64,000 bases of DNA, from the NCBI GenBank assembly GCA_024704765.1, contig JAKMXF010000308.1, positions 286,026-350,025 of the forward strand, given 5' to 3'. Within the stretch, counting starts at the first letter, position 1; every line of letters begins with the position of its first letter. Below the pieces are notes generated by a model. The model was not told where the DNA came from. It made no database searches and saw only the letters and a program-made list of their open reading frames with translations. This document shows, piece by piece, positions 26,131 through 37,182 of this stretch. Both the position numbers and the translations under genes were made by a program. The stretch comes from Oopsacas minuta (taxonomy: Eukaryota; Animalia; Porifera).

Positions 26131-29100
26131 CGTGATCTACGTTATAATAAGGCCTGTTCACTAGTGCGATTTTTTGGACCATGGATGTCGTTTAAGTCCA
26201 TTAAATTTTACTTCAAATAATCATGTATTTGATGTTATTCACCCAAATCGTGAACTCAAAAATTGTTCTTAAGCGATTTTAAAGACCATGGATGTCGTTG
26301 AAGGCTTGTAAAAAGTATTTATTAGAAACCCATAATATTTATATTAATTAATGAATCAACCTTTTTGTTACAATCAATTTATTGAATCAATACATTTACG
26401 TACTCACCACCCATTGTACCTTGCCCTCTTGTACTTTTATCCTAAGTTGTTTAGACAACTTAGCTTTTATCTCTGTAATGCCGCTCTCCACCCTGTTCTA
26501 TCAGTTATGTGCATTTCTTTAATCTACCTCTCGATTTCTCCTTTTTACACTTTCAATTAGCTTGTCATGCCCAACACGTGTTCTGCCCCCGGATGTCGAA
26601 GTAATTACGCAGGAGAACCTTATACTCCAGTCTTTAAGTTGCCAAATGGTCCACCTGATCTTGTCAATCGTTGGCTTCGAGCGCTCTGTAGAGAAGGTAT
26701 CAGAGACTTAAAGAATGTGTTTGTGTGCTCAAAACATTTCCTCGACGAAGAAATTCAGACCAGTTTTTCTATCCATCAACCAGATCGAACATACTTAGAA
26801 GTGCCAGCTAAGCCTAAATTGCAGAAGGATGCAGTGCCAAGATTTCTACCTGGATGTCCACTTCATCTCTCTTCGTCATCTGACACCATACCTCCGAGAT
26901 TTGATAGATCTTTGAGAGAACAGCATTTGATTGATACTGCAATAAATGAGAGTCTATTACAGTATAACCAAGACAAAGAACATTTTCAGATTACCACACT
27001 GGAAGACTTGGTATCCAAAACGAAGCACTCGGGTTTGCCTAATCATTGGTTAGTTTGGTCTTCTGATGATAATTCCTTTAATTTACTCAAACTTTCTATA
27101 ACGAATAACAGTTTGATTGCAATTAGATGCTCGTTAACTATTACCGAAACATTACATACTATGGGTTTCTACGAAGGTATAAGCATTTCTCTTTCTCTCA
27201 CTCAGATAAATGATGTTCGTCAACTTAACGATTTGCTTAAAGAAATTGAAAACCATTCTGCCCCTACTAATTCTCCTGAAACATTCCAACACCATGTCAG
27301 AGAAGCAACCGGAAGCATTCGTAAAGCTATAGACTCCCTTTCAACTGGAGAAGAATCTGGAAACCAACAGCCTCTATTATCAAGTCTTCAGTTTATTCTA
27401 TGCCAATTGGATAACGCTTTGATCGCGAAAACTATGAGGCGATACAACATCGAAACTCTTGTCTTGTCCCTCAAATGCCAGCTTATCTCGCCAGTTTGTT
27501 ATAGATATCTTCAATCCCTGGACTGTCTATCATTGCCGCACCTTTCTACTCTAAAGCGCTTATATTCCAATTTTGGTTTGGATTCTGAGTTTACCAACTA
27601 TCTCAAACAATCAGTCACTCAGTTTAACAAATGGGAACGAAGTGTAGTGATTCAGATGGATGAAATTCATGTAAAATCCACATTTACATACAAAGGAGGT
27701 AAGATAATTGGATCTTCTTTGAATCCTACTGATCCTGCAAAAACCGTTTTGCCTTCATGATATCAAGTTTGTCCAGTATTGTCCGTTTACTGTCCTGTTC
27801 CAGCTCATCTACTGAGGTACTCTTTCCTATCATCAAAGATGTTATTCGTGATGTTGAAGCATGTGGACTCTCTGTACACGTTTTATGTACTGATAATTAC
27901 CCGATGAACGTTAACATTTTCAAGTTATTTTCTCCCAGCCGACTTCTAGAGCATATTGTTCCTCACCCTATGGACTCAAACCGGCCATTGTTTTTGCTTT
28001 TTGACTTCGTTCATATAATCAAATCGATACGTAATAACTGGCTAAACCAAATAGATTATAATAAAACATTCACTTATCCAGATTTTGAGAACATACAAGT
28101 TGCGAGCACTGCAGTTTTCGAAGAAATTCGCAAATTATATAAAAGTGACCAACACTCTGTTGCTAAATTAGCTCCAAGATTAACCTCTAAAGCTTGTTGG
28201 CCTTCCACTTTAGAACGACAAAATGTTTCTTTAGCTTTAAGGATATTTGATGAATCTACAGCCGCTGCATTAAACGTTAGCTACCAATCGCGATACCACA
28301 CTTCTACAAATTCACAGACTGCAGACTTTATTGCCATTATTTGTAATGTTTGGAAGCTATTCAACATCAATACTCCAAACAAGGGTATCCTTCACAAAGA
28401 TGAATTTTCAGTTCCACTTACCTACAATGATACCAGATTTATGTTCCTTCAACGTGTAGTTGATTGGGCTGAATGTTGGCGAGTCATGCCTGACAAGAGA
28501 AGTAAATTAAGTCCTCAAACCTTCACAAGTTTCCGTCACTCTTGTATTGCACTCCCGTGCATTGTAAACCATCTGACTGGAAATTGTGGCTATTCGTACG
28601 TCCTTTCTTCGTTCTTGCAAAATGATCCACTTGAGCATCATTTTGGCTTGTATAGGATGATGTCAGGAGCACAATACCACATTAGCTATTGCCAGGTCCT
28701 TGAAACAGAACGGAAAATAAAGTTGTCCAGCATACTCAAATTATTTTCGAAAAAGCCTGTAGAAGATAGCATATCACTTAAGAACTTCTTAGAATTGTGC
28801 TCATCCTCTTGTGACCAAGACTCCATGCGTCTTTCAGCTTGGAGATGTATCTCTCGGCGATTCAGGGATATTCAGGGATAGAATTAAACAAGCAAATACT
28901 CCAATCACTCTCCTTTATAGCAGGCTACTCAGTGCATGCCTATTACAAACATTCTACTAAATGTCAATCATGTCTCTTATTCCTCACTGAAAACAAAGAA
29001 ATGGAAATTGAAGAACCTTCAGATTCTGAATATCGATTAATTCAGATAATCGACCGAGGCTCACTAAAATGGCCAAGTAGTGATGTCATAGACGCAATTA

Positions 29101-29742
29101 TTACGCTATGGAAAGTATTCTCTTCTATCGAGAGTCAACCAAGCATATTCAATAACTTTATAACCGGTCCTTCTAGAAGTATCCTGATACAGTTAACAAC
29201 AAGTCTTATAGAAGATGAACAAGCTGAAGTATGGAGAGTGCTGTGTGACGAATGTGGTACACTCAGGTGGGATGTATTAGCTAAACTATTGACCGCTACT
29301 TCAAACTGTCTTATATCAAATAAGATTAAGAACATGAATTCCTAGCTACCCTTGAAACCGTGTGTCGAAAATACTCGAAAATTAAAGAAATTGAAGCCTA
29401 ATTAACTTATCACATACCACTTTAATACGTATCTTTTATTATTTTGTACTATTATCAGGCACTCACTATTTGAAATATGCTTAGTATTAAACCCAATAAT
29501 ATTTTCTCTCATGGATTCACATTTTAGTTAATTTTCTCTAACTGTAACATTTATTGTAAAAATAAGGACTTAAATGCATCCATGGTCTTCAAAATCGCTT
29601 AAGAACAATTTTTTTGAGTTCACGATTTGGGTGAATAATATCAAATACATGATTATTTGAAGTAAAATTTAATGGACTTAAACGACATCCATGGTCCAAA
29701 AAATCGCACTAGTGAACAGGCCTTATTATGACGTAGGTCACG
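26131..29742 (+). mobile_element. P-superfamily (THAP) transposon with about 165-bp TIRs, Galileo-like architecture
   Basis: Near-perfect long TIRs starting CGTGA(T/C)CTACGT(T/C)ATAATAAGGCC; 7-bp TSD CCTACAC on both sides. Confidence 0.95.
26567..29345 (+). pseudogene. THAP-domain P-element-type transposase in three overlapping ORFs (two frameshifts)
   Basis: THAP C2CH (MPNTCSAPGC..RW..VCSKHF), QMDEIHVK, CTDNYPMN, FDFVHIIK, QNDPLEHHFG, IAGYSV. Confidence 0.92.
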
Positions 29743-31775
29743 CCTACACACAAGAAGAGTTGATATACATTACTTGTGTAAAATCACAGATGATTAATAT
29801 TTTAGTATACCACTCTCATATTATAGAATTTCTTTCTCAAGATGGTCCAAAGAGACAAATTTAGAGGTAGTATTCAGAGCTATTTTAACATTTATCACTA
29901 AAGCAATTTACAAATATCAGTATAAATTCTGCATGAAAACTTCCTCTTAGTGTCTGAAAATATTACACAATCAGAAACATTTTTACCCTGTATGATTCTT
30001 ACTTTTATCTAAACACCTGAGTATACATGCATATATTACACATACTACTTGTAATTTGGCATAGCGGAACCAAGAACCAGTGCATAAACAGAAAATATTC
30101 ATAATAATTCATTTAATTGCTTATTAAATATTTTGCTCACAGAATAATTATCTTACAATGTTCTCATATTTCTCCGCTCGCTACAAGATAAATTACTACT
30201 ATATGCACTCATAACATCTGTATGATGAGTTGAAAGAGATCCTTTAAAATAAAACTTGACCACTATACGATAATTCAATTCTCGTCCTCAATAGAAAATA
30301 CATATGCTCTACAATTAAGGAATTAAACTCTGCTCTAGCCAGTATCGTAACTACTTGTCTGGGCCTCCCGCCTAATCAGTTTAGATGCACCTCTTAAGCA
30401 AATTATAATTCCTAAATAATGAATTATCTCAAAATAACTGAAAATCGAAATTATTTGAATTGGTAAACTTCAAAACATATTTTTTAGATCAAGAAACTTA
30501 GAAGAAAATAAATTCATCCAATTACTGATTAATGACATTCTATGATTCGAATCAGTAATGCACAAACTATCTCATTATGTGATTTCGAGATAAAATTCTC
30601 CAGATTCACAACTTTCAATCTCAAATTCAACTCTAGAGCTGACCTCTAACAACGTATTCACAACTTGTTCACTTTCTACATTACACTTAGAATTGTGAGC
30701 CTGGGGAAGGGGAATTGGTTCCTTAACTAACATTCAACACGAACAAGGTATTCAGAATAGACATTTTGTAAGCTGGTAATACCATTAGTATCGAATTCCT
30801 TCTTTGTTCCAATACCCAACTAATGAAAATGCTCAAAATTTCTCCACTTAAACAGACATTTTTATCAAACATTTTATAAACTAAAATATGACCAGGTTGT
30901 GTTAGAAATAACCACAAAACTAACAGTGGACTACATTCAACAAAGCTATTGCTATAAACACCTATGATGACATTAATGAAGTGGAAACACTGATCAATGA
31001 GACGCGTATCAGTGAATTACAAAATCCAGATATATTTCTAGCATTAGATAACCCATATAATTTTGCGCCATCTACCCACAATTGAGCTTCAGATGTATTG
31101 AAGAAATATAGTATTTTCTTCAGAATTTCTTTATCAATAAAATTAATGAAATCGACTCCTTCAATGTTTATACACGGTTAAATCAGAGGCAGATGATGCC
31201 AACAATAAGAAACATATCGTCTCGTAACTCGAATTCAAGTATAAATATAGATTACCAAAATGATGAAACTGATATTGAACACTCAGCTACAGTCTTACTT
31301 ACATCATAAATATTTATGTGGGTGTGAAGTTAGCAGCGCGAAAAGTGAGCACGACGTAACTCCTAACAATTTTCACTTAGGGTGAATTTCTAGTTCAAAT
31401 ATGCATTACAGAATTATGAGAGTGGTAGTTTCATCTCATTCCAATTTTAGTCCCTATCTTAAAGACCACTTCACAGTGACTTTGCAAAAATGATCCATTT
31501 TCACTATACAAATTCATATACGATTTAGTTGCATATTTGTAGTACACAGTGGAGTTAGTTACAAAATGCAATTTTCATAGGCTGTCAATTGTTGTCATTA
31601 GTAATTAATTTTGGACGAATTTTTTGACGTATTCATTTTTTGGTTTCGGTGACTATTGTATAATATTCTGATAAATAAAAATATATACACATAGTTAATA
31701 GTTACTACGATCATTCTTTGGTTATTTTTGATAATATTGAAACTTATTCGAATTTCACGTCCATAACATTTCAGT

Positions 31776-31991
31776 TTGCATTTACTAATGAGGGTTGATC
31801 TTTGTACATGGCGCAACCACATTGGCATTTTCAATTCACGGAAATCTGCAAAATGCAGATGCTGCAAATTGATACATATTGCTGGATTTGTTACATGCAA
31901 CATGTTGATCACTATCTTACCAACTCTATCTCTATTCCTTATTATTTGCGGAGATGTAGAAGTGAACCCAGGACCAAGATATATTGGTTAG
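31776..31991 (+). CDS. Short leader ORF ending in a 2A-like (StopGo) motif
   Basis: TLSLFLIICGDVEVNPGP matches D(V/I)ExNPGP with the usual hydrophobic upstream tract. A possible GT-AG intron lies at 31987-32072. Confidence 0.7.
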   Translation: MHLLMRVDLCTWRNHIGIFNSRKSAKCRCCKLIHIAGFVTCNMLITILPTLSLFLIICGDVEVNPGPRYIG

Positions 31992-32072
31992 TGATTTTAC
32001 ATATACTACATATTATTATATTGATGTTTCATACTAAGCATTGATATATTTGATCCAAATAATTTATTATAG

Positions 32073-34410
32073 AAACTGGTGACATCAAGCGAGGTAACGA
32101 GATTGTCTCAAAGATGACCGATACCTTATCCAAGTTAACTGGAAATGGTCCATTAATTCTGAACAATCTCGAATTGCTTAGCACACAAATTGGCGAGATG
32201 CCTCTTCTATCTGGGGTAAACTGGCAAATATGTTTATAGAAGAAATCGCTTGCAACTACGAGCGAAACTTATGAACATCTGGCGAAACAACAACTGGAAC
32301 ATCAAATTTCAGGTAACTCAAGCATTGACACTACCTAAAGATAAATTACTCTACCTATCAGTATCAACATTTCTGAATTACCAAATATTCGTAATCATTA
32401 CGTGCTTTTCTCCCATTCTAATAGTTCACTAGAATCAGACATTAGCTCAATTATTAACATTGAATCCACTGATCAGGTATCTAGTAAAATGCACATAGTT
32501 CAGCCGACAAATCGAGGTGAATTTGGATTGACAGGCCAAAAATGGTTCAGAATTTTCCAAATTTTTCAGAAAGTGCTCTAAAGACAGAATGGACAACCTA
32601 ATTCAATGAGAAAATTTCTTTATTACCCGTTTTGTGTTCTAAAATGTTTACACCATCGAATTAACAAAAGCTATTCAAGACGTAGATGTGCGTTTCTTAT
32701 TGCAGCTTCAGTTTGCAAGTTTAGTAATTGTATCACATTCAAATTTGAAATGGAAACACCGCAAACAAATGCAAGCAATCTTTATCTCGTTAATTATACT
32801 GCTACTGGATCAATCTCTAAAGAACATTCATCCAATTTAATTTCGCATATCCGACATTATCAGGAGACAGAGAGAAGCCACTGCAAAACAGCTTGAACTT
32901 TCTAGTCCTTCTAATCTTCATTATTCCTTCTTTGTTGATTCACGAAATTTATCCGTTGCAAAAAAAGGAAACTTCAATTATTTACACTCGACCGATGTCA
33001 TTAGAAAGGTCAAGTCACAGGACTTTGAAAAATCCCGATTTTAATAATGATATGTGGTAGGACATCATTAGCACCCAAATGTCATATATGAGCACAATCA
33101 TTGGGAATTTTCTTAGCGGCTACATTCAATTCATTAGTCATTCCCCATTCATCATTCATTTGTATAATGAAGAACAGATAATGTTGTTATAAAAATTGGA
33201 AAAAGAATCATTTACATTGCATTTAGACGCCACTGGTTCAGTTATCAGGAAATTAGATCATTTGCGAAAAAGAATCCTCTATTAAGCTATCTCAGTAAAG
33301 CATCCTCGATTACATGTCAGCCCAATACCACTTGCTGAGATGGTATCTAGCGAGCAGTCAAACATAGAAATTTCATATTTGCTTAAACGATGGCTATATG
33401 ACGTAAAGAAGGTGACGAGTAGTGAGATATTACCAAATAAAGTTGAAGTAGACTTCAGTTGGGCCATGCTACACGGTGTCTGCAATGCCTTTAACAAAAC
33501 AAAACTTAGGATGGTATTTAATTTAATGTTGGGAAACTATACATAAGAGTAATTCTACTAATTCAATAAAAGTAATCATACACATATGCTCGGTACACAT
33601 AATGAATCGGTTTAGCTATAAACTAAGTTCTAAGTTCAGAATGGATAAACAGAGAAAACAAAAGATCATGTTCATACTGGCTCGAATGACCAGTTGTACA
33701 ACGATGGATGAAATAAATCAGTTATTTGTCGCATTGAGTATGCTATGTTTACCAAAAAGATCTATCCAAAAATCGAAGAATCTATTAGTAAGCTTAACAG
33801 CTCTATTTGTCTTGATAAGGAGTTCGATTTTGAACTCGAAAATATCACAGAACTAGATGAATCATTACCCAATGAAATGGAAGATAACAAAACATACAAA
33901 TCAAGATCTCCATTTAGTATACATTATCAGAATGAATTAATGAACTGCAAACGGCTTGTTGGTATATTTGAAATGGAAGAACAGAATGAAAGCACTCCTA
34001 AAAACAATTATTACTTTCCAGATTTACCATCATTTCTTGTTGCTCATTCATGCAAGTTTGTCCCCTCTGGTCACGTCTTATACTAGGCCCATCCTTACAC
34101 CCAGGTCAATATCACGTGGCATCACGAATACAATTGCAGAAAACTAGATGAGAATTAGAAAGATAATAATTTACAGAAAGAATGCAACTAGGACCGGGAG
34201 ATTTCATTCGCAAATTAAGGGAAGGTATTGTTGGTAGAATAAAGGCATTCGAATTTGCATTCAATCCATTGAGTCTTAAAATTCTCAAGAGACAAAAACA
34301 CAGCAGCCAAGAGATTGTGATCAGATTGATGAAATGTGGAAGAAGAAGAAAGACAGACATACTTCAAACCAGGAAAGCCAATGAACTCCAACAAACATTC
34401 TTCCCTTAGA
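32073..34410 (+). pseudogene. Degraded NOF-like MULE DDE transposase
   Basis: By-eye translation across stops and frameshifts: LHLDATGSVIRK (about 33226), PIPLAEMVSSEQ, VEVDFSWAM (about 33445), ICSVH (CxxH, about 33590), TNTIAEN(W to stop) (about 34130). Confidence 0.75.
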
Positions 34411-34623
34411 AAGTTCAAGAATCCAAGACACGGGAAACTTAGTCAATTGCCTTCCATAATGGTCACTAGCTCTCAGGTCAACTCAAAGGTAGTAACATTG
34501 TAAAGTGATTTGTCTAATGACAATTCTATTCCAGATGAAACTCTCTCTATAGTAGATGTTAAATCCTATTATCATGGAGAATTTAAGACTGTAACTCTGA
34601 GTTGGCAAAGGGAAAAGTGAAAG

Positions 34624-35170
34624 GTGATCAGACTAACATTTACAACAGGAATAGTATATGAAAATGAAGCCGCTGATAAATCTCTGGAAATTCGACAATT
34701 AATTTCTACAAAAGAAAAAAGGATTGCACCAGATGGGAATTGCTTGTTTCGCTCGTTATCATACATAATTACTGGGACAAATTATAATCATAAAGAAATA
34801 TGGGATTTAATATTTGATAAAATGAAGGGCGAATATAGGAGCTTAGCCACCAATTACGTTCAAGCTCGAAAAGATTTATTGCCACAGGAACGCCGCAATT
34901 CGATGAAGATTATCTGAAGCAAGCAAAATGGACCGAGTAGGATCTTGGGGTACAGACCTAGAAATATTTTTCGCAGCTATCATCCTGAAAACAGATATCT
35001 TTGTCTACAATGATGAGCACCAATCCTGGTTGGAATTTTCAGGACATGGATTCAATGAGGCTAAATCTTGTCATGAGTTAACAGAACACAGAGTGTACTT
35101 GAGATTAAACAGGGGCCATTTTCAGTCTGTCATAAAGGTTAACACGAGAACTCAAGGGTTTCCAAAATAA
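34624..35170 (+). pseudogene. OTU-family deubiquitinase domain, frameshifted, inside the MULE
   Basis: Cys box DGNCLFRSLSYIITG, WGTDLEIFFAAIILKTDIFVY, His box GHFQSV. Split between ORFs 34624-34917 and 34928-35170. Confidence 0.85.
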
Positions 35171-35673
35171 GAAGTTCAGTTCAATAGTAAATACTATGAA
35201 GTTAGTCAGATAATATTTTAGAACTATTACACAATTATATTGTAATTCTGATTTAGTGGTGTGAAGAATAGAAATATAAGCATATTAATAAATTAGAATA
35301 GTGAAATGGGTCATTTTTGCAAAGTCACTGTGAAGTGATCTTTGAAGATAGGGACTAAAAATTGGACTGAGACAAAACTACTTCTATCACAATGCTGTAA
35401 TGCAAATTTGAACTGAAAATTCACCCTAAATGAAAAGTTATTACGAGATATGTCGTGCTTAACTTCACACCCATAATATTTATCAACACACGACAATAAG
35501 TATTTAGGTGCTGGATAAATTAGATATATTAGTTCCGAAGAGAAATACCATAAGATTTACACAAATGTTACTAGTTACGTACGTATTTACATGTATGCAC
35601 AAGAATTAAGTTTAACATTGACTCAAAATGAAAAATGAACCTCTTCAAAACATATTACCATGTAATGTTAAAA

Positions 35674-36683
35674 AAAGTACTAGCGACCCCCTGTTTTTTT
35701 ATGGAAAATGAATTATAAGTTACGAAAGAAGGTATCTATAAATTTTGAAGGGGTTGCGATGAGAAATAACTGATCTCGAAGTTAGAATTCGTAATACACA
35801 AAAACCTGAGAATTTATCGATTTTTGCAGGCCGTTGCTGGTGATAATTTGTAGTGTTTCACGAAAAATATCGATATTGTTATAAACGTCTATATCTCAAC
35901 CATCGATTAGCATTAAAATAATTGAAATTCTTTCGGATTTAGGATAAGAAACATGAGTTTGAACAGATCTTACTTTATGTAGAATATGATTAATCACCTA
36001 CCACTCTCACTCCCGACTTAAAATTTGAATTCCTCTAGCTCCGCGAGTTGTTAATATTTTCTAATGAAATTTAATTTTCATAAACGTCCATATCACTAAA
36101 GTATGCATATATAATTTCAGAATCGAATTCTGACTTTTAGGTGGGTAAATTCAAGGGAGTCGTGACACTAAAATTTATACTAAAAAAAGTAACTAAAAGT
36201 AAATGTTTGTAAAATCAAAACATATTGCATAAAACGTTCAACTCTCCTCTTTCCAATGATATTAATTTCGTTTAAATCTGATGAGTATAAGTGAGTCAAA
36301 TTAGTGACTGAAGTGACCCTAGTCTAACTTCTTCGTTGAATTTTTCAAAATATAATATTTCAAAAAGTAATGAATACTTTTAAAAGAAATTTTAAACACA
36401 TAATCCACCAGCCCTCAATAGTGTGTAGAAGAAAATTTGTATCAAAATAATAATGAGAAGCCGGTCAAATAACACATTGTAGTTGACATGGTTGGAAAAA
36501 TTTTCAAAACCTCAATGGTAAGTCATCACACATATTGACAATTCTGACGACATTTTCGTAATTCATCAACGCTATAATTTCGAATAAAAGTATTTTTCTC
36601 TAGCTATACGGAGAGTCGGTCAAATAAACGATTGAAGTGAACACGTTTTTTTAATTTGAATTGGCTGCTAACTTCTTCTTCGT
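35674..36683. repeat. About 1-kb repeat, copy 2 (no MITE insertion)
   Basis: Reverse complement of 24292-25294. Its inner end follows TTAA (TTAAAAAAAGTACTAGCGACCCCCTG). Confidence 0.95.
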
Positions 36684-37182
36684 CGTTTGATATCCTTTTT
36701 CAAGTTCTTCACTATATGAAGCATTGATTGGATATTAAGTTAATTTTTAATATTCGAACTTTTACATTTACGGGTTCATAAAAATTTCGTCTTCTCATCT
36801 TCCCGAAATGTTTGGATTGCGTATGTATGTAATCATTCCAACTTCAAATTGTTCATGCAAAGTATGCTGTTTAGAGATTTTGCGATGGTTCTCAACTTGT
36901 ATCTTCCGAATCTGAGTTAGAGTTTGAAAGATTATACTCTGATATTTATCCGTATGAATCCTCATGTCATCCACTATACTTTGTGAAACACAAAAGTAAT
37001 GAGACTCGATGTGTAACTTGAGCATAATCACAAATTATATATGTCATCTCCACATAATTGTTAATACTACACCATATATTGTACCTAATTCAGTTTATAC
37101 ACAATTCTTATCATTTCTTTTCTCGTAATTTACTATATTTGCTCATAGAGAATATACTACTGCAGCGTTGATGAATTTAGAC

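Larger units (their letters stand above)
31320..35472 (+). mobile_element. Mutator-like (NOF/FB-NOF-like) transposon with about 190-bp imperfect TIRs
   Basis: 31320-31510 and 35290-35472 are inverted copies starting GGGTGTGAAGTT. No clear 9-bp TSD. They enclose a degraded transposase, an OTU domain and a 2A-like leader. Confidence 0.75.

Noticed and set aside
34624-35170. Functional link between the TE-borne OTU and the NHR-SOCS E3 gene at 8071-8922
   Set aside because: They are 26 kb apart in a TE-dense region and nothing in the sequence connects them.
24292-36683. Maverick/Polinton or endogenous virus bounded by the 1-kb inverted repeats
   Set aside because: No protein-primed polymerase, retroviral-type integrase, packaging ATPase or capsid motifs were seen. 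The interior is explained by a P element and a MULE.
36795-37031. Possible Gypsy/Ginger integrase C-terminal tail (QFEVGMITYIRNP)
   Set aside because: No GPY/F motif, catalytic core or LTRs were found, so it is too weak to call.
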